64,000 nucleotides of DNA from an uncultured Nitrososphaerales archaeon (GTDB lineage: Archaea; Thermoproteota; Nitrososphaeria; Nitrososphaerales; Nitrososphaeraceae). The position numbers and the translations under genes were made by a program. The stretch is from positions 1 to 64,000 of the forward strand of contig CAVPXM010000025.1 of the NCBI GenBank assembly GCA_963709405.1. The letters are read 5' to 3'. The notes under the pieces were generated by a model that worked only from the letters and a program-made list of their open reading frames with translations, had not been told where the DNA came from and made no database searches. The stretch's first letter is position 1. Every line of letters begins with the position of its first letter. Shown in pieces: positions 1 through 13,308 of this stretch.

Positions 1-1305
<1,305 letters not shown>

Positions 1306-1331
1306 AATTAATAGGTGACTGGTAGACCAGG

Positions 1332-1750
1332 ATGTTGATATTGCTTTTTGCATGAATTTGGGTATTGGCCTTTACTGCTTTGACATCTATGCTCTTTTGC
1401 ACATGAATCAACTCAATAACGTTATAGTGATGGATACAATGCCGGACAAGACTACGCGGCTTACGATTATAGTGACTGCGATGGTTGTAACCACGGCTAT
1501 GATACGGACTGCCCAAATGATAAAAAATACACTTATGAATTCTGTGATGGGTATTCACTAGGCTATACAACCAAATGGCACTCATTATGTGGTGATACCA
1601 CGACGCGAAGGAGCAAACTCAGAGCCAGGCTCACGGCGACTCTAACGTGCGCATTGATGGCAGCCAGAATAATGTGATAATCCCTAACAATACAAATCAT
1701 TCATGCAGCCAATTCAGTAATTGTGTCCGATTAAATCAGTATCAATACCA
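1332..1750 (+). pseudogene. Degraded small secreted Tyr/Gly/Cys-rich protein
   Basis: Hydrophobic N-terminus, then FAHESTQ*RYSDGYNAGQDYAAYDYSDCDGCNHGYDTDCPNDKKYTYEFCDGYSLGY, with stops and frameshifts. Confidence 0.4.
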
Positions 1751-2707
1751 TCTATTCAAGCAGTCTGTGATTCGACCAGTGTTTTTGACCGTATGTCGTG
1801 TTTTGACAGCAGGGGGCTTGGATATTATAAATCCTGTTACTGCCCAGATGACTATCACAGGCAAAAGATGAGTTTGTACTTCCACGAGCCCTATCAAGAG
1901 AGATGTTAGATTTACAACCATGCCGCCTTTGATAACACAATCAAAGGATGATTATCTCGCTGGCCAAAGGACTAGGTACATAATACCGAATATAACTTTG
2001 AATATGATCCTGATGACGCCGACGATAACTTCATGTCTTATCTTCCTTATCTTTAGTTTTTCTACTTCATACTTCCCGCTGGATTTTTTCTTTTGTCATG
2101 TCTTTAGACAGATGCATACCTATTCTATCAATACATTCGCACATTTTTTTGCATCCATCTTGCATAGCATATTCTCGTGGGCCATTTGTGCTATCTTGTA
2201 GTTAGCAGGTCTGCCGGCGAAGATCTTACATGAGCATAAGGATCGGCGAACTAACCAAACTGGCTGACGATATTCTCTTGGCGCTATATATAGTTCCAGG
2301 TGTGATATAATATATCGTAGTAAATTGTCAGTAAATGACCCATGGGAGCGTATTGTATACTGTCTATTTTGCAATTCAATGGCTACGCTAAAGCCTACGA
2401 AGACAGGACGAATAATGTTAAGATGTAATACGTGTGGAGCTTTAGTCATTATTAATGGAATGTTGTCGCAAGAGAGAATCAAAACTTGAGATTACAGTTT
2501 TACTTCTCTCCAGTGATCAGTAGAGTGTCAAACCTACAATGAAATGATATGTTACTAAAAAAACTAATACACTAATACACATCAGACCCAAATTAAAATA
2601 CTTGCGATCATATTCTTGCTAATAAAAAATAGAATAATAATAAACGTGAATGGCATGAAACGAAAGTATCTCTGGTGATGTGCTGAAAAGGCAATGAGTT
2701 CTAGGAA

Positions 2708-4328
2708 TTAATTACTACTTTGCTGTGATTTATAGACAATTTTACCTCCAATTACAGTCAAATCTATCCTTATTGCACTAATCCGTTCTGGTTCAAGCTC
2801 AAAAGGGTTTTCGGATAGCACTATAAAGTCTGCTAGCTTACCTGGCTCCAAGGTCCCCCTTATCTGTTCCTCAAATGCTGCAGAGGCAGCCCCTATAGTA
2901 TACCACCTGATAGCCTCTTCTATTGTTATTTTCTCCTCCGGAACTAAGGATGCTCCGCTTTGGGTCTGTCTACGGACTGCTGCTTGAATTCCTAGAAGAG
3001 GTGCACCCTCAACCACAGGTCTGTCTGAGCTAAATGCAATAATAGGTAGATCTCGTAAACTTGCGAATGGGTAAGTTAACTTCAAACGCTCATCTCCTAA
3101 TGCTTCACGGAACCCGTCGCCTAGTTCCCGTATAAACTGGGGTTGAGTAACAACTACTGCGCCTAAACTCTTGATCCGCTGAATTAAATCCTCTCTTAAA
3201 ACACCGCAATGTTCTAATCTAGGTCTGTATTGTCCAGCCTTTTTGCCCATAACCTTTTCTATGGTTTCTAAAGCGACCTCGATAGCCTGATCGCCAATAA
3301 CATGCATAGCGACCTGCCATCCGTCTTCATGTGCAATACGAAACTGCTCTAAGATGCGTTCTTTACTCTTAGCCAATAAACCCTTGTTATTTGGGTCAGA
3401 AGTATATGGTTGAGTTAAGGGCAGCGGTGCGACCGATAAGAGAACCATCTATGAAGATCTTAATTGGTCCCAGCTTTAATCGTTCATTTCCAAATCCACT
3501 ATGAAGCCCAAATCCGAAATCAAAGTGTCCATCTTTGACTTTGAGTGATTCAACATCGGGCATAAGAATAACACGTACTTGTAGGAGTTCTTCCTTGATT
3601 GCATCCTGATATCCCATAAATTCCCTAGGTGCAATCCAACCAGCCCAAGCATCTTGCACACTTGTAATGCCTTCTTCTAAAAGGCGATCGTTAGCCATAG
3701 CAAGGGCTTTCTTTACTTCATTAATAGTAAATGGCGGAAGCACTCTTTTAATAAGATCTTGGGCTGACTCTTTGAATACTCCTGTGGGCTGACCGGATCC
3801 GTCTCGGTCTACTATACCACCTTCTGGATCAGGAGTATCTTTGTCAATGCCTGCTAGCTGTAAAGCCTTTGTATTAGCCATACTCATGTGACCAGATATA
3901 TGTGCCAGATATACTGGATGGCCATGTGAAACAGAATCAATATCATATCGTGTCGGATGACGCTTCTCAGAGAGCTTGTTGTCGTTGTAACCCCATCCAC
4001 GCACCCATTTGTCAGTTTGTACTAACTTTGCTTCTTGATCGACAGCATTTATTATTTCAGAGATACTAGTAGCACTTCTTAGGTCTATTTGTAATAATCC
4101 TAAGCCAAACAAAAGTACATGGCAATGTGCGTCACTGAATCCAGGGAGTACTGCTTTGCCATTCAGATTAACTACTTTTGTAACAGGTCCTGTTAGCGTT
4201 TTAATCTTTTCAACGCTTCCAACATCCAAAATCTTACCTTCATATGTTGCCAGTGCCTGTGCGATGCTATTTTGTCCATCTAGAGTATGGATCTTTCCGT
4301 TTAAGAATATACTTTCAGCCTCAACCAT
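2708..4328 (-). pseudogene. Amidohydrolase 3 (YtcJ-like) metal-dependent hydrolase, split by one frameshift near 3420
   Basis: PGFSDAHCH, GHMSMANTKAL, KIFIDGSL, HVIGD, RLEHC, SSDRPV and GTLEPGKLADFIVL motifs across ORFs 3396-4328 and 2708-3448. Removing one base of a G/C run restores RTAALTQPY. Confidence 0.9.
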
Positions 4329-5238
4329 ATTTACAAGTTATCAAATATTGCTTATATAACTAAACCTTAAACTGAATACTGAATACAAGAAAAAATATTA
4401 TTGTGAACAGTGCTTTAAGATTGGATGTTCTATGCCATAGATAAATCCAGAGAATTTTGGCCGTTACCATAAACAGTAGTTGTTTGTTATGGATAGTCCC
4501 ATGGCAGCATAGGAGTGAGGACCTTGCATGGTATAAAACCTGCCACAGTGCCGGTGACAAGCACTAGCAAAGATCAATCTGTCCTCCCAAGAGTCCTAGC
4601 AAGAGAGATATTAGAACGATAGCTACGTCGCCGATAATAGCACCAATGGATGATTACTTCGCCGGCCAAATATTAAGACCGAATATGACTTGGTTCTGTA
4701 AAGTCTGTGGTTGATCCGTCGCTTCTGAAGGGCTGTCAATTTTCGGTTGATGAATCAGTGTTGGGCTATTTCTCCCGTAATATGCACCGATCCAAAGATG
4801 AAAACGAGAACATAGAACGGGAATGAAGTGGAGTCTGCAACAAGGGTTGCCCGTAGGAGGTCTGATAGAACCATGTCGCAATAGTCTCGCCAATGTGCAA
4901 CTGCTGAACTCCTAACCAGATTCCTAACGCACTGATACTCTTGTTTCCAAAAAGGAAACCTAGCGTTTTGCTCCTAGAACCGTATTTTTGAGTGTCAGAA
5001 TGCCTATCGCCGCGTAAACTGTCAGCACCAAAAAAATGAATTGATGAGATCTTATGATACATCTATACCATAACCCAGTCAGGCCACATCAGGGATTGAA
5101 CGGCAAGACACCGCTTGACGCCTGCGGGATTGAGATAGAAGGTGAAAACAAGTGGCTTACCGTGATCCAAAATGCAAGCAAAGTTTCTAAGATTCCAGTC
5201 TAGTCTTTCTAACTTTATTAGCGTCCTTTGCGTGGAGC

Positions 5239-5679
5239 ATGATATTGAGTGGCTGGAAAGGCGCAAATGAAAGACAGACTATAATTACTAGTTGGTTCAT
5301 CGGCATAAGCGCGATTTTGCTAGTATTATACCTGACAGTACCCAAGCCAAATGTCGACAAAGAATGGTTCGATTATTATTTTGAAGCATTTGCAGTTATC
5401 TTGCTAATCGTCTCAATACTCTTGTACTTATTGTCGGCAACATATCTCCTTCAACCGTTCTATCAGGATAATGAGCCCACAAAAGAACAATTGAAACTAT
5501 CAGCTATCTACACAAGACGAGTACAAATTCCCGGAGCTTTCATGATATTTTGGGCTATTGGATTTTTGATCCTCCTTAAATTAGAATATTCAAATGCAGT
5601 TTTGACTTATTCGATGGTTGCCTTCGCTGCTCCAATAGTGTGGTTGGGGTTAAAGAAAATTGCCAAGACGAAGATATAG
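5239..5679 (+). CDS. Hypothetical membrane protein (about 4 TM segments)
   Basis: 146-aa ORF with four hydrophobic segments; start uncertain. Confidence 0.55.
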   Translation: MILSGWKGANERQTIITSWFIGISAILLVLYLTVPKPNVDKEWFDYYFEAFAVILLIVSILLYLLSATYLLQPFYQDNEPTKEQLKLSAIYTRRVQIPGAFMIFWAIGFLILLKLEYSNAVLTYSMVAFAAPIVWLGLKKIAKTKI

Positions 5680-5734
5680 TCCTTTTGAATATCATCACCC
5701 GACATTTGACAGTCTTTTCTGTCACCCTTTAACT

Positions 5735-5930
5735 TGATAGTACCTATGACTTTGAACATAACCCCAATGAAGCCGGCGATAACTCCAATCAGCAATGCCA
5801 AGCCTAGATCGACCAAACGGAAAGAGGCGAAGTTAGGGAGACTGTATATACCGAGATATGATGTATGCAAAAGCGCGAAGTAAACACCATAACCAACAGG
5901 CAACTGCGATTAGCCCTGGGATCAACCCAT
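5735..5930 (-). pseudogene. Chloride channel (ClC) internal fragment
   Basis: GLIPGLIA..GYGVYFALLHTSYLGIYSLPNFASFRLVDLGLALLIGVIAGFIGVMF resembles ClC transmembrane helices; truncated on both sides. Confidence 0.55.
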
Positions 5931-6228
5931 GAGTATCTCAACATTTAGTTGTATGTTTGATAATTAGTTATTCAGAAGCCACAGATTCATTACTTGTATC
6001 CCTATCGCTAGTATCCGTTTCCTATTACGTGTCTACTTTCTTAACTGTCTCTTTGCGATACCCTCCTGTGAGATCATCTACAGGTTCTTCTTCCTTGAGT
6101 ACACTAGTGTTTGTAATCCAGGCAGAATATAGCATAAAATTTCTTGATGGAGAATTCACAGTTGGAATAAAACTGTCACGACATTCCTCGGCTAAGATCA
6201 AAAAGCTGTATGAATTTTATGGATTTCT

Positions 6229-6450
6229 ATGGAGTATTTAAAAAATAGATGGGGCAGCGATCGCTCAGTTAATGTAAACGTAAACCTTCTAAAAGCTCCA
6301 GAGGATATCATAGACTATATAATATTACACGAACTCTGTCACTCGAAATTAAAGGAACATTCTCATCAGTATTGGGATTACATACGTAGATTCATGCCCA
6401 ACCCAATTCAATCAAAAAACTACCCAATCGACGGTAGCAGGACGAGTTAA
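6229..6450 (+). pseudogene. YgjP/DUF45-like (M48) metallopeptidase C-terminal fragment
   Basis: RWGS...NVNLLKAPEDIIDYIILHELCH...HSHQYW...FMP (HExxH). Confidence 0.8.
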
Positions 6451-6607
6451 AGTTATAGATGAGTTGCCAGAGGCTTATGGTTCCATTTGTTATCTGGATG
6501 AAATAGGCATTCTACCTCTCCTCACTATACCATTGCTTGGAGCAACTCCGTCAGTGGTCTTGGCAGAGTGATAGTTGGGTACTTACCGTAACAAGAACGA
6601 GGCTCTT

Positions 6608-6706
6608 CTAATACGGCTTCTGCCCGATGACATTGCCCGGCGGGCTGTAGCGGCACGACAGAATGTCGGTAATACCAACTGGTTTTCCTCCAGCATCATT
6701 TATGAT
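6608..6706 (-). pseudogene. C-terminal remnant of a third CAP/SCP protein
   Basis: INDAGGKPVGITDILSCRYSPPGNVIGQKPY*, the CAP C-terminal CxYxPxGN motif. Confidence 0.75.
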
Positions 6707-6719
6707 TCAGGCGGCTTGG

Positions 6720-7604
6720 CTATAGGCCTGGCGGGCTGTAGCGGCACACCAGAACGTCCCGGTCACGACCACTGCCGTCAGGGATAGGACCAGTGGCGAC
6801 TCCGCAACCGATGGATTTCGCGGTCTTCGAGACTACCTGCAGGTAATGATCGGTGGGATTTTCGGAGAACCAACCCTCCTGCATCTGGGCCGCTGGCACA
6901 TTCGTCGCCTGGCAAGTTCCGTTGCTGAAGATGAAGGCGCAACGAGCGCGCTGTGCACCGTTCTCACCCTCATGGTGCGTGCATGATTCAATTTTTTCCC
7001 ACCCTTGCACAAAGACACAGTGAGTGAACTTGCCTGTAGCTATCTCATATTCGGCCCAATCCTTAGCACGAGCGGCGTTCGGCATCCCACACGAGCGGCG
7101 GAAGTCCAACTGGAGCGCGCTCGCGGTTGTGCCCCTTCAATATCATGCTGGCGAAATCCATGCCTCCTTTGTATAAATCATTATTGCATGAGCCACAGTA
7201 ACTATGCCCGGTACTATTTCCGGCACTGTTATTCTGTGTAGGCTGACCAAATGATGGTGCGGCACTGTTATTCTGTGTAGGCTGACCAAATGATGGTGCG
7301 GCACTGTTATTCTGTGTAGGCTGACCAAATGATGGTGTGGCACTGTTATTCTGTGTAGGCTGACCAAATGATGGTGTGGCACTGTTATTCTGTGTAGGCT
7401 GACCAAATGATGGTGCGGCACTGTTATTCTGTGTAGGCTGACCAAATGATGGTGCGCACTGTTGTTCGTAAACTCACTAGGTGATGCAGTATTATTCTCC
7501 GGAGACGCATTAGCATACATAATCGTGGTAGCAGGCAAAATAAGTGAAGTTACTATCAAAAGTACCAACAAATTGGGTATTCGATTCATGATTTCTTTTA
7601 TCAA
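6720..7604 (-). pseudogene. Secreted CAP/SCP (PR-1-like) protein with a 13-aa repeat linker, two frameshifts
   Basis: Signal peptide, then (A/T)PSFGQPTQNNSA x6, then ILKGHNRERAPVGLPPLVWD...AKDWAE..HHEGEN..HYLQVV..IGCG..VCRYSPPG. Confidence 0.85.
7222..7455. repeat. Six tandem 39-bp coding repeats
   Basis: GGCACTGTTATTCTGTGTAGGCTGACCAAATGATGGTG(C/T) x6 with no spacers. Confidence 0.97.
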
Positions 7605-8149
7605 GGACAGTTTTATTTAATGTTTTAAAGAAAATAATTCCGAAAACTTATCTACAAAATTATTTTGGGCCTCGAGATACCAATAATGGAGAGATTATTT
7701 AGTGCCAATCCATCGATCGATAAACATAATATAATCTTTGGATAAGAACCCATTCCATTACTGAACACCAATGACTGAGCCTGAGATCAAGACATTATTA
7801 GGCAGATATGTGAGACTTTTAGAAAGAATTGTGGATGGAGGAAGTAAACGACTGAATGGGGGTAACTGGTGGTATGCCTAAATATTATACATTTCTAGAT
7901 GGTGGGATAATCCATCTACTTAGAAACTTTCAATACCGGAAGCCGGGAGAATTCGTGGTGTAGACAATGGAGGTGGCAATGGTGGAGATAATTAGTGGCG
8001 GAGGGGACAGCAGAGGAAAGTGAATTGGGCGAAAGTGGAGACTCTCTCTCTTCTGACTATACAGTTGCTTATATTGCTTGGAGCAACACCGTCGTGGTCT
8101 TGTCACAGAGTGATAGATGTGTACTTACCGAAACAAGAACGAGGCTCTT

Positions 8150-9066
8150 CTAATAGGGGGGACGCGGCAAATTGCCTGCTGGGTAGAAGCGGCACGACAT
8201 AACGTCGCCGCCATTGGGCACGATTGACGGTGGCAGGACCGCGATTCCGCAACCGACGGATCTCGTGGTATTCCAGACTATCTGCGTGTAATGACCGGTC
8301 ACCGGGGATCCGGACGGCGGTCCCCCGTGATAATCCTTCTTTTCGGAGAGCCAAAAGTTGAGGTAGTCGGCTGCACTACGGTTCGCATCGTGAGGAGCGT
8401 AATATACGAGGTTCTCACCCTCATGATGCGTGCATGAATCAATTTGTTCCCACCCTGGCACCTGGAAACAGTGGACGATCTTGCCGCCTGCCTTGCCTGC
8501 CGCCAGATACTCGACCCAAGCCTTGGCGTGAGCGGCGGCGGTGTTGTTCCATACGAGCGGCGGGACATTTGCGTTCACGGCCTTACGCTCGCCGTTCATC
8601 ACGTCCAGGATGCTCTTGGCCATATCCGCACTCACATTTCCGGTAGTGTTAGTCGGCTGCTGCCGTCGCTGTCCAAATCCAGTCGTGTTAGTAGGCGGCT
8701 GCTGCTGTCCAAATCCAGTCGTGTTAGTAGGCGGCTGCTGCTGTTGCTGTCCAAATCCAGTCGTGTTAGTAGGCGGCTGCTGCTGCTGCTGTCCAAATCC
8801 AGTCGTGTTAGTAGGCGGCTGCTGCTGTCCAAATCCAGTATTGCTGCCTTCCTGTCCAAATCCAGTAGTGTTACTCTGCTGCTGTCCAAATCCCGCATTG
8901 TTAGTAGGCGGCTGCTGCGTTGCTGTCCAAATCCAGTAGTGTTACTCTCCTCTGCGAATGCGTGGTTGTTGTTTGATGGTATTGCAGTCAGTACAGCAAG
9001 TATTAGAACCCCCGTTAAAGCTAAAAACAAAGGTAAGATCATTATTGAGATTGGTTTGTGTACCAT
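8150..9066 (-). pseudogene. Secreted CAP/SCP protein with a Gln-rich repeat linker, one frameshift near 8919
   Basis: Signal peptide ending HAFA, then NTTGFGQ(n)PPT repeats, then CAP domain (LVWN, HHEGENL, GHYTQIVW, VGCG, CRFYPAGN). Confidence 0.88.
8640..8945. repeat. Imperfect tandem repeats with variable CAG tracts
   Basis: About 8 copies of the core GTCCAAATCC(AG) separated by (CTG)n and GTTAGTAGGCGG. Confidence 0.9.
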
Positions 9067-9313
9067 ATCCTGTGTCTATGAAGCTACTACTATTCTATAT
9101 AAACACCGATGACAAACAGTGGCATTTACCATCCTCATTATCGGTCCTACGTCTACATGATCTAATTGCTTTATGGTTTACGTACGTGATTATTGATGCC
9201 AGAACATTTCATAACCATAACTATGTTGAGCGGGTAGTATTACGCACACTTGGGATTGTCGCCTCTCTGTTATTAGCATGCTAATAACAAAAGGAGCTTT
9301 ATTCTCATATACT

Positions 9314-9499
9314 TTACTTGCTCATATTAGCGCCAGCAGCACCAGTCGTGTTTGTCGCATTACCGCCTGGGGATGGTGTAGCGGGTGGCGGTGTGGAAGG
9401 GAGCTGTGCCTTTGCTGCATTTGCAGTGTATAGAGCCACTGTTGCGAACGCTGCCGACAATAATACCGCTGTTATCACAAATAATATTTGTTTGTTCAT
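9314..9499 (-). CDS. Small secreted Pro/Thr-rich protein
   Basis: MNKQILFVITAVLLSAAFATVALYTANAAKAQ followed by a low-complexity tail; likely start at 9499. Confidence 0.7.
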   Translation of the reverse strand: MNKQILFVITAVLLSAAFATVALYTANAAKAQLPSTPPPATPSPGGNATNTTGAAGANMSK

Positions 9500-9585
9500 T
9501 AAAAAACACTTATAACAAAATACTATATATCGGTTTTCTAATTCGATCTTCTTTAGATTCGATGGAGATCTACGTAGGATTAGTA

Positions 9586-9730
9586 CCTCACCAGTGTTTG
9601 AGCAGAACCCAGCTGCAAATATTTGATTTCTAGTAACATCATTACCCTCTTCTGTTATCTGTCTTGTCTCAAAGTCTATAGATAATATTCTGATGTTCTT
9701 GGAGCTGAAATTATCTTTTGTTGAGATCAT
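9586..9730 (-). pseudogene. N-terminal stub of a PolB-type 3'-5' exonuclease domain
   Basis: IRILSIDFET...QIFAAGFCSNTG (ExoI DxE motif); lies downstream of the RMADF protein. Confidence 0.55.
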
Positions 9731-9963
9731 GATGAAATACGCTCTCCACGAATTGACGGTAGATGAGGGAAAATCTTGGATCTGGATTTATACCAGAAAT
9801 TTTGAATCATATGATCCTTACTAGCCTCACCATCCTTACTATTACGACAAATGGTGACCTGTAAATAACGAGGCTTTTGATTTACCTGTCCATATTGGTA
9901 AGCATCGTAAGGATGGTAAGGATGGTATGCTCTAAAAATCCTAGACATAGTTTGCAACCTCAC

Positions 9964-10860
9964 CTAGGGATTTGATTGCTCCGTACTAGCATTGTTACCC
10001 GCATCACTTCTCAGAGCACTGGATTCTATGCTCAGGTCAGTCATCTTAATTACAGAATTGTTCTTCTTTCTTCCATTTTTGCCGACAGTATCTTTGTATC
10101 TTTCGATTTTGTAGCCATAGCTATCTTCGATGAGACTAGATAGATGCATGAGCTCCTCTGATAGCGATTGCGGTGTCTTTGCCCATGCAAACTTTGTGCT
10201 ATATCGGTCAATATCAATCCCAATGTCATTTGCAGTTTCTCTTACCTTTGCCAATAGTTGTGGAAGAGTGTATTCAATTGTGTGCTTAGTTACTAATTCC
10301 TCTTGACAAATAGAGCATACAATCTCTGCAAGCGCGTTAAAGTTAATTGCATCTCTGCTCTGGTTTTTCAGATTTTCATTATAAACATTCAAAAACTCCA
10401 TTTTGTAACCCATGGCTCTGGCCGTTGCCTCACCCCAGAAGGAAAAATCTGCCATTCTCTCTAGCTTTCCCTCAAGCTCATCAGTTTCCTGCAATTGATT
10501 TTTAATTTGCATAGTCTTTGCAAGAATGTCAAAAATATAACCAAGTAATTTTGGTAGAATATAATCAAATTCTGCAAGTATCTTTTCTTCAAGCTTGCGA
10601 TTTTGCTTTACTAGCTTTGGATGCTTTATAGAAATACAACGCTCGAGGGCGTCATCTTCAGTAAGTGATGCACCAATGCTAGAAAGAGCAAAACATCGCT
10701 TGAATTTGAGATAAGTTTCTTCTGCTGTTGTGTACAGTGTTCGCATGCTAAATCCAGCACCAGTAGTGGCTGCACAGATATCATTTGAAAGCCACTGTGG
10801 TATTTTTCTTACGTTGTCGTATGCATTGTAGTAGTTATGTTCAGATGGTTATCCAGTATG
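9964..10860 (-). pseudogene. Mobile-element replication/ATPase-associated protein, C-terminal part (RMADF motif)
   Basis: YDNV..QWLSNDICAATTGAGFSMRTLYT...DALERCI...ERMADFSFWGEA, motifs typical of phage/integrative-element primase-helicase-like proteins. N-terminus missing. Confidence 0.7.
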
Positions 10861-10889
10861 AATTCTTTAGGAATCATATTATTTTTTAC

Positions 10890-11258
10890 AATAGCTCTCG
10901 CTTGCCTAACTTTACCTCACAAACTATGAATGGACCACAACAGGCGATAGCTAAACCTGCATCAGGTATGACAAAATCGTTGATTGGCAATATCACCAGG
11001 TTCGGTGTTATTACTACTCCAATAATGTGCGTTACCCTAGGCGACGTAATGAAATCATTACCAGGTATACTTAATGCTACCGCTGTTACTGGAGGCAATG
11101 AAACTAATTCAACACAAGGAATGATGATGAACATGATGGAGCAGGGAATGATGAAATCTGGATTACATAATGCAAGTCAGGGCGAATTGCAACATTTGAA
11201 GGATTTTATGTTTTGTAGCCCTGCAAATGAAAAAATGATGAAAAGTATGATGAAATAA
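10890..11258 (+). pseudogene. Met-rich protein, 5' truncated
   Basis: GMMMNMMEQGMMK and MMKSMMK segments plus two Cys; 5' end abuts the RMADF remnant. Confidence 0.5.
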
Positions 11259-11524
11259 AACCGGGTTTCCTTTCTGTCTCATTTTTTACAAATATCTGGT
11301 ATAGCCTTATAGTACTACTACTATCGACCATGACATTGCGAAAGGGGAAGGAATGTAGATACTCAAATTAGATTTAATCCAGTTCACTGCAAAAATATTC
11401 TTTTATATCTGTAATTTCATATCGAGAGTTGACATTTTCCGAACTTGTTTCTTAAACCTGTAACCTTAGTCATGAAACGATTTTAAAAGAAATAGGTTAT
11501 GCTCAATTACGAGCATCATTACGA

Positions 11525-12124
11525 CTATGTTGATGTATGGTTACCAATGATTTCTATAAATCTGCTTTCTGGACCAACTAAAACAGTCAATACTCTGTCA
11601 GTATTTGTATTGTGAGTTTCTTTAAAGCTATTAAGGATGTTAGGACAAGTTCCAACACATATACCGCTTGGTTCTCCACTTATTCGGTTACCGTCAACCT
11701 TGACAATGAATGGCGTATCCTGTCCTGCAGCATTTTTGGAATCTATGACATGTCTAGGCACGTTAACTTCTAATGCTGCTCCATTTGCTTGGGGATTGAC
11801 GGCGAGATCGAGGCTCTTTCTAGAAGGATCTGACAATATTCCAACAAGTGAGCCGTCTAGTACACTATACTGGATAGGTACAGACTTTCCATTCACCGTG
11901 AGATTATATTGATTAGTAAATCCGGGTTTCAAAAGAGTCCCAATTATGCGACTACTGACCTGATCGGTATCAGGCCCACCAAGTTTTACCACGAACTGTG
12001 CGTTTACTGTTTGAGCAGTCAGTATTGCACTCGTACTGACCAAGGCCATACCTAGGATCGAAGACAGGATCAAAAATGACATCATATTTTTTGTCTTGTT
12101 GTTCGGACTAGAATGATTAAACAT
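11525..12124 (-). CDS. Secreted thaumarchaeal protein with the domain seen in PEFG-CTERM-family proteins
   Basis: Signal peptide; LEVNVPRHVIDSK...FIVKVDG...RVLTV...IEIIG; no PEFG tail. Confidence 0.7.
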   Translation of the reverse strand: MFNHSSPNNKTKNMMSFLILSSILGMALVSTSAILTAQTVNAQFVVKLGGPDTDQVSSRIIGTLLKPGFTNQYNLTVNGKSVPIQYSVLDGSLVGILSDPSRKSLDLAVNPQANGAALEVNVPRHVIDSKNAAGQDTPFIVKVDGNRISGEPSGICVGTCPNILNSFKETHNTNTDRVLTVLVGPESRFIEIIGNHTST

Positions 12125-12610
12125 TATACAATAACAAATTTCTTAACTATATATGCATATCTATTATTGCTCTTGAGAGTAAAGGAAATTCATAAATTCT
12201 CAAAATATACTGATCATATTTGAAGGAATTGCGTATAGATATTCATATAGTCATCACACCTAGGCCTCACTCTATACATCCCATATTCTCTTCTGGAGAA
12301 CGTTTATAATCTGGCACTCCGTGTCAAAATTGATTAATTCATTCTTTGCGTAAACGAGTTCAGATAAAAGTTTTGTTTTGTTTCTATACTTTCAACTTCT
12401 CAATCTTTGAGACCTAATATTTGAATCTAACGTTGTACTGTCTAAATATATAGGTGAACACTTGTAAGGAAAATAAATAAATAAGTTGGCTTGATTAACC
12501 TCAACAATCAACAATGAATAAAGTATTAATTAGAACGAGTTCAAGGATTGTCATCTTTTCATTTGCTATTTTAGTATTAGCAGTTAACGCTGGCTTTCAC
12601 CTCTCTTATA

Positions 12611-12657
12611 CTCCTGTTTTATGATCATCTGTAGAAAGATAATTTTGGGATAGGTTC
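12611..12657 (+). mobile_element. Solo end remnant of IS5 element A
   Basis: 47 bp nearly identical to the reverse complement of 17435-17482, ending TTTTGGGATAGGTTC and followed by TTA. Confidence 0.9.
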
Positions 12658-12769
12658 TTAGTACCACTGTCTATTTATCTTTCTTCTGTATTACAGTCAC
12701 ATTTCATCATCTGTAGGCACAATCTACTTTCTCATAGGGTTAGCGACCCGCATCAGTATCCCGTGAGGG

Positions 12770-12980
12770 TTAAACATTAAAGAACTTTGCAAGCTCCTTA
12801 ATAAGAAAATCTGGCCGCTCCTCAGCAATCCAATGTCCAGAGAAAGGTACTATGCCATCACACACATTTGTAGCAAGTGACTTCATTGAAGTTAATGCAG
12901 CAGAGCCAAAACTATGCTCTCCACCAAGAGCTAATACAGGCATCGGGAGCTTGACATTAGCATGTTCTTTATTCTGTTGA
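12770..12980 (-). pseudogene. Alpha/beta hydrolase (epoxide-hydrolase-like) C-terminal remnant
   Basis: KLPMPVLALGGEHSFG...SGHWIAEERPDFLIKEL. Confidence 0.75.
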
Positions 12981-13308
12981 TAGTATCCTTACTAAATATT
13001 AGATGAAGTACCAAATTTGTCAAAATGAAAGTCCATCTATGGGTAAGGATGGTAAGGATAGTAAGCATGGTGTAATTGAAAAACTCCGGAACAGGTTTTT
13101 ATTTTCCTGTAATACAGAATATCCTATGCCATGCATACTTGTTCTGAAATACAACAAAAAATTTAGTATTAGGAAAGTATTATACGATTATAGTAGTAAA
13201 AGCATTTGACTAATACAAAACGCTTAGGCAGATATCGTGATCCCCATATCAACAATAATAATTCTACCAACAACGGTAATCATGACCCAAGTTCTCAAGT
13301 ATATCTCA

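Noticed and set aside
4360-5062. Several short overlapping ORFs
   Set aside because: Probably a degraded membrane-protein gene, but no family could be supported.
7222-7455. Possible CRISPR array, or His-rich repeat protein HHHLVSLHRITVP
   Set aside because: No spacers, and the unit length is a multiple of 3. The His-rich reading is the wrong frame after a 1-bp loss; the frame leading into the CAP domain is PSFGQPTQNNSA.
8541-8939. Cys-rich repeat ORF (CCCPNPVVLVGG), a RiPP/metallothionein look-alike
   Set aside because: Antisense of the CAG-rich stalk of the CAP gene; no modification enzymes nearby.
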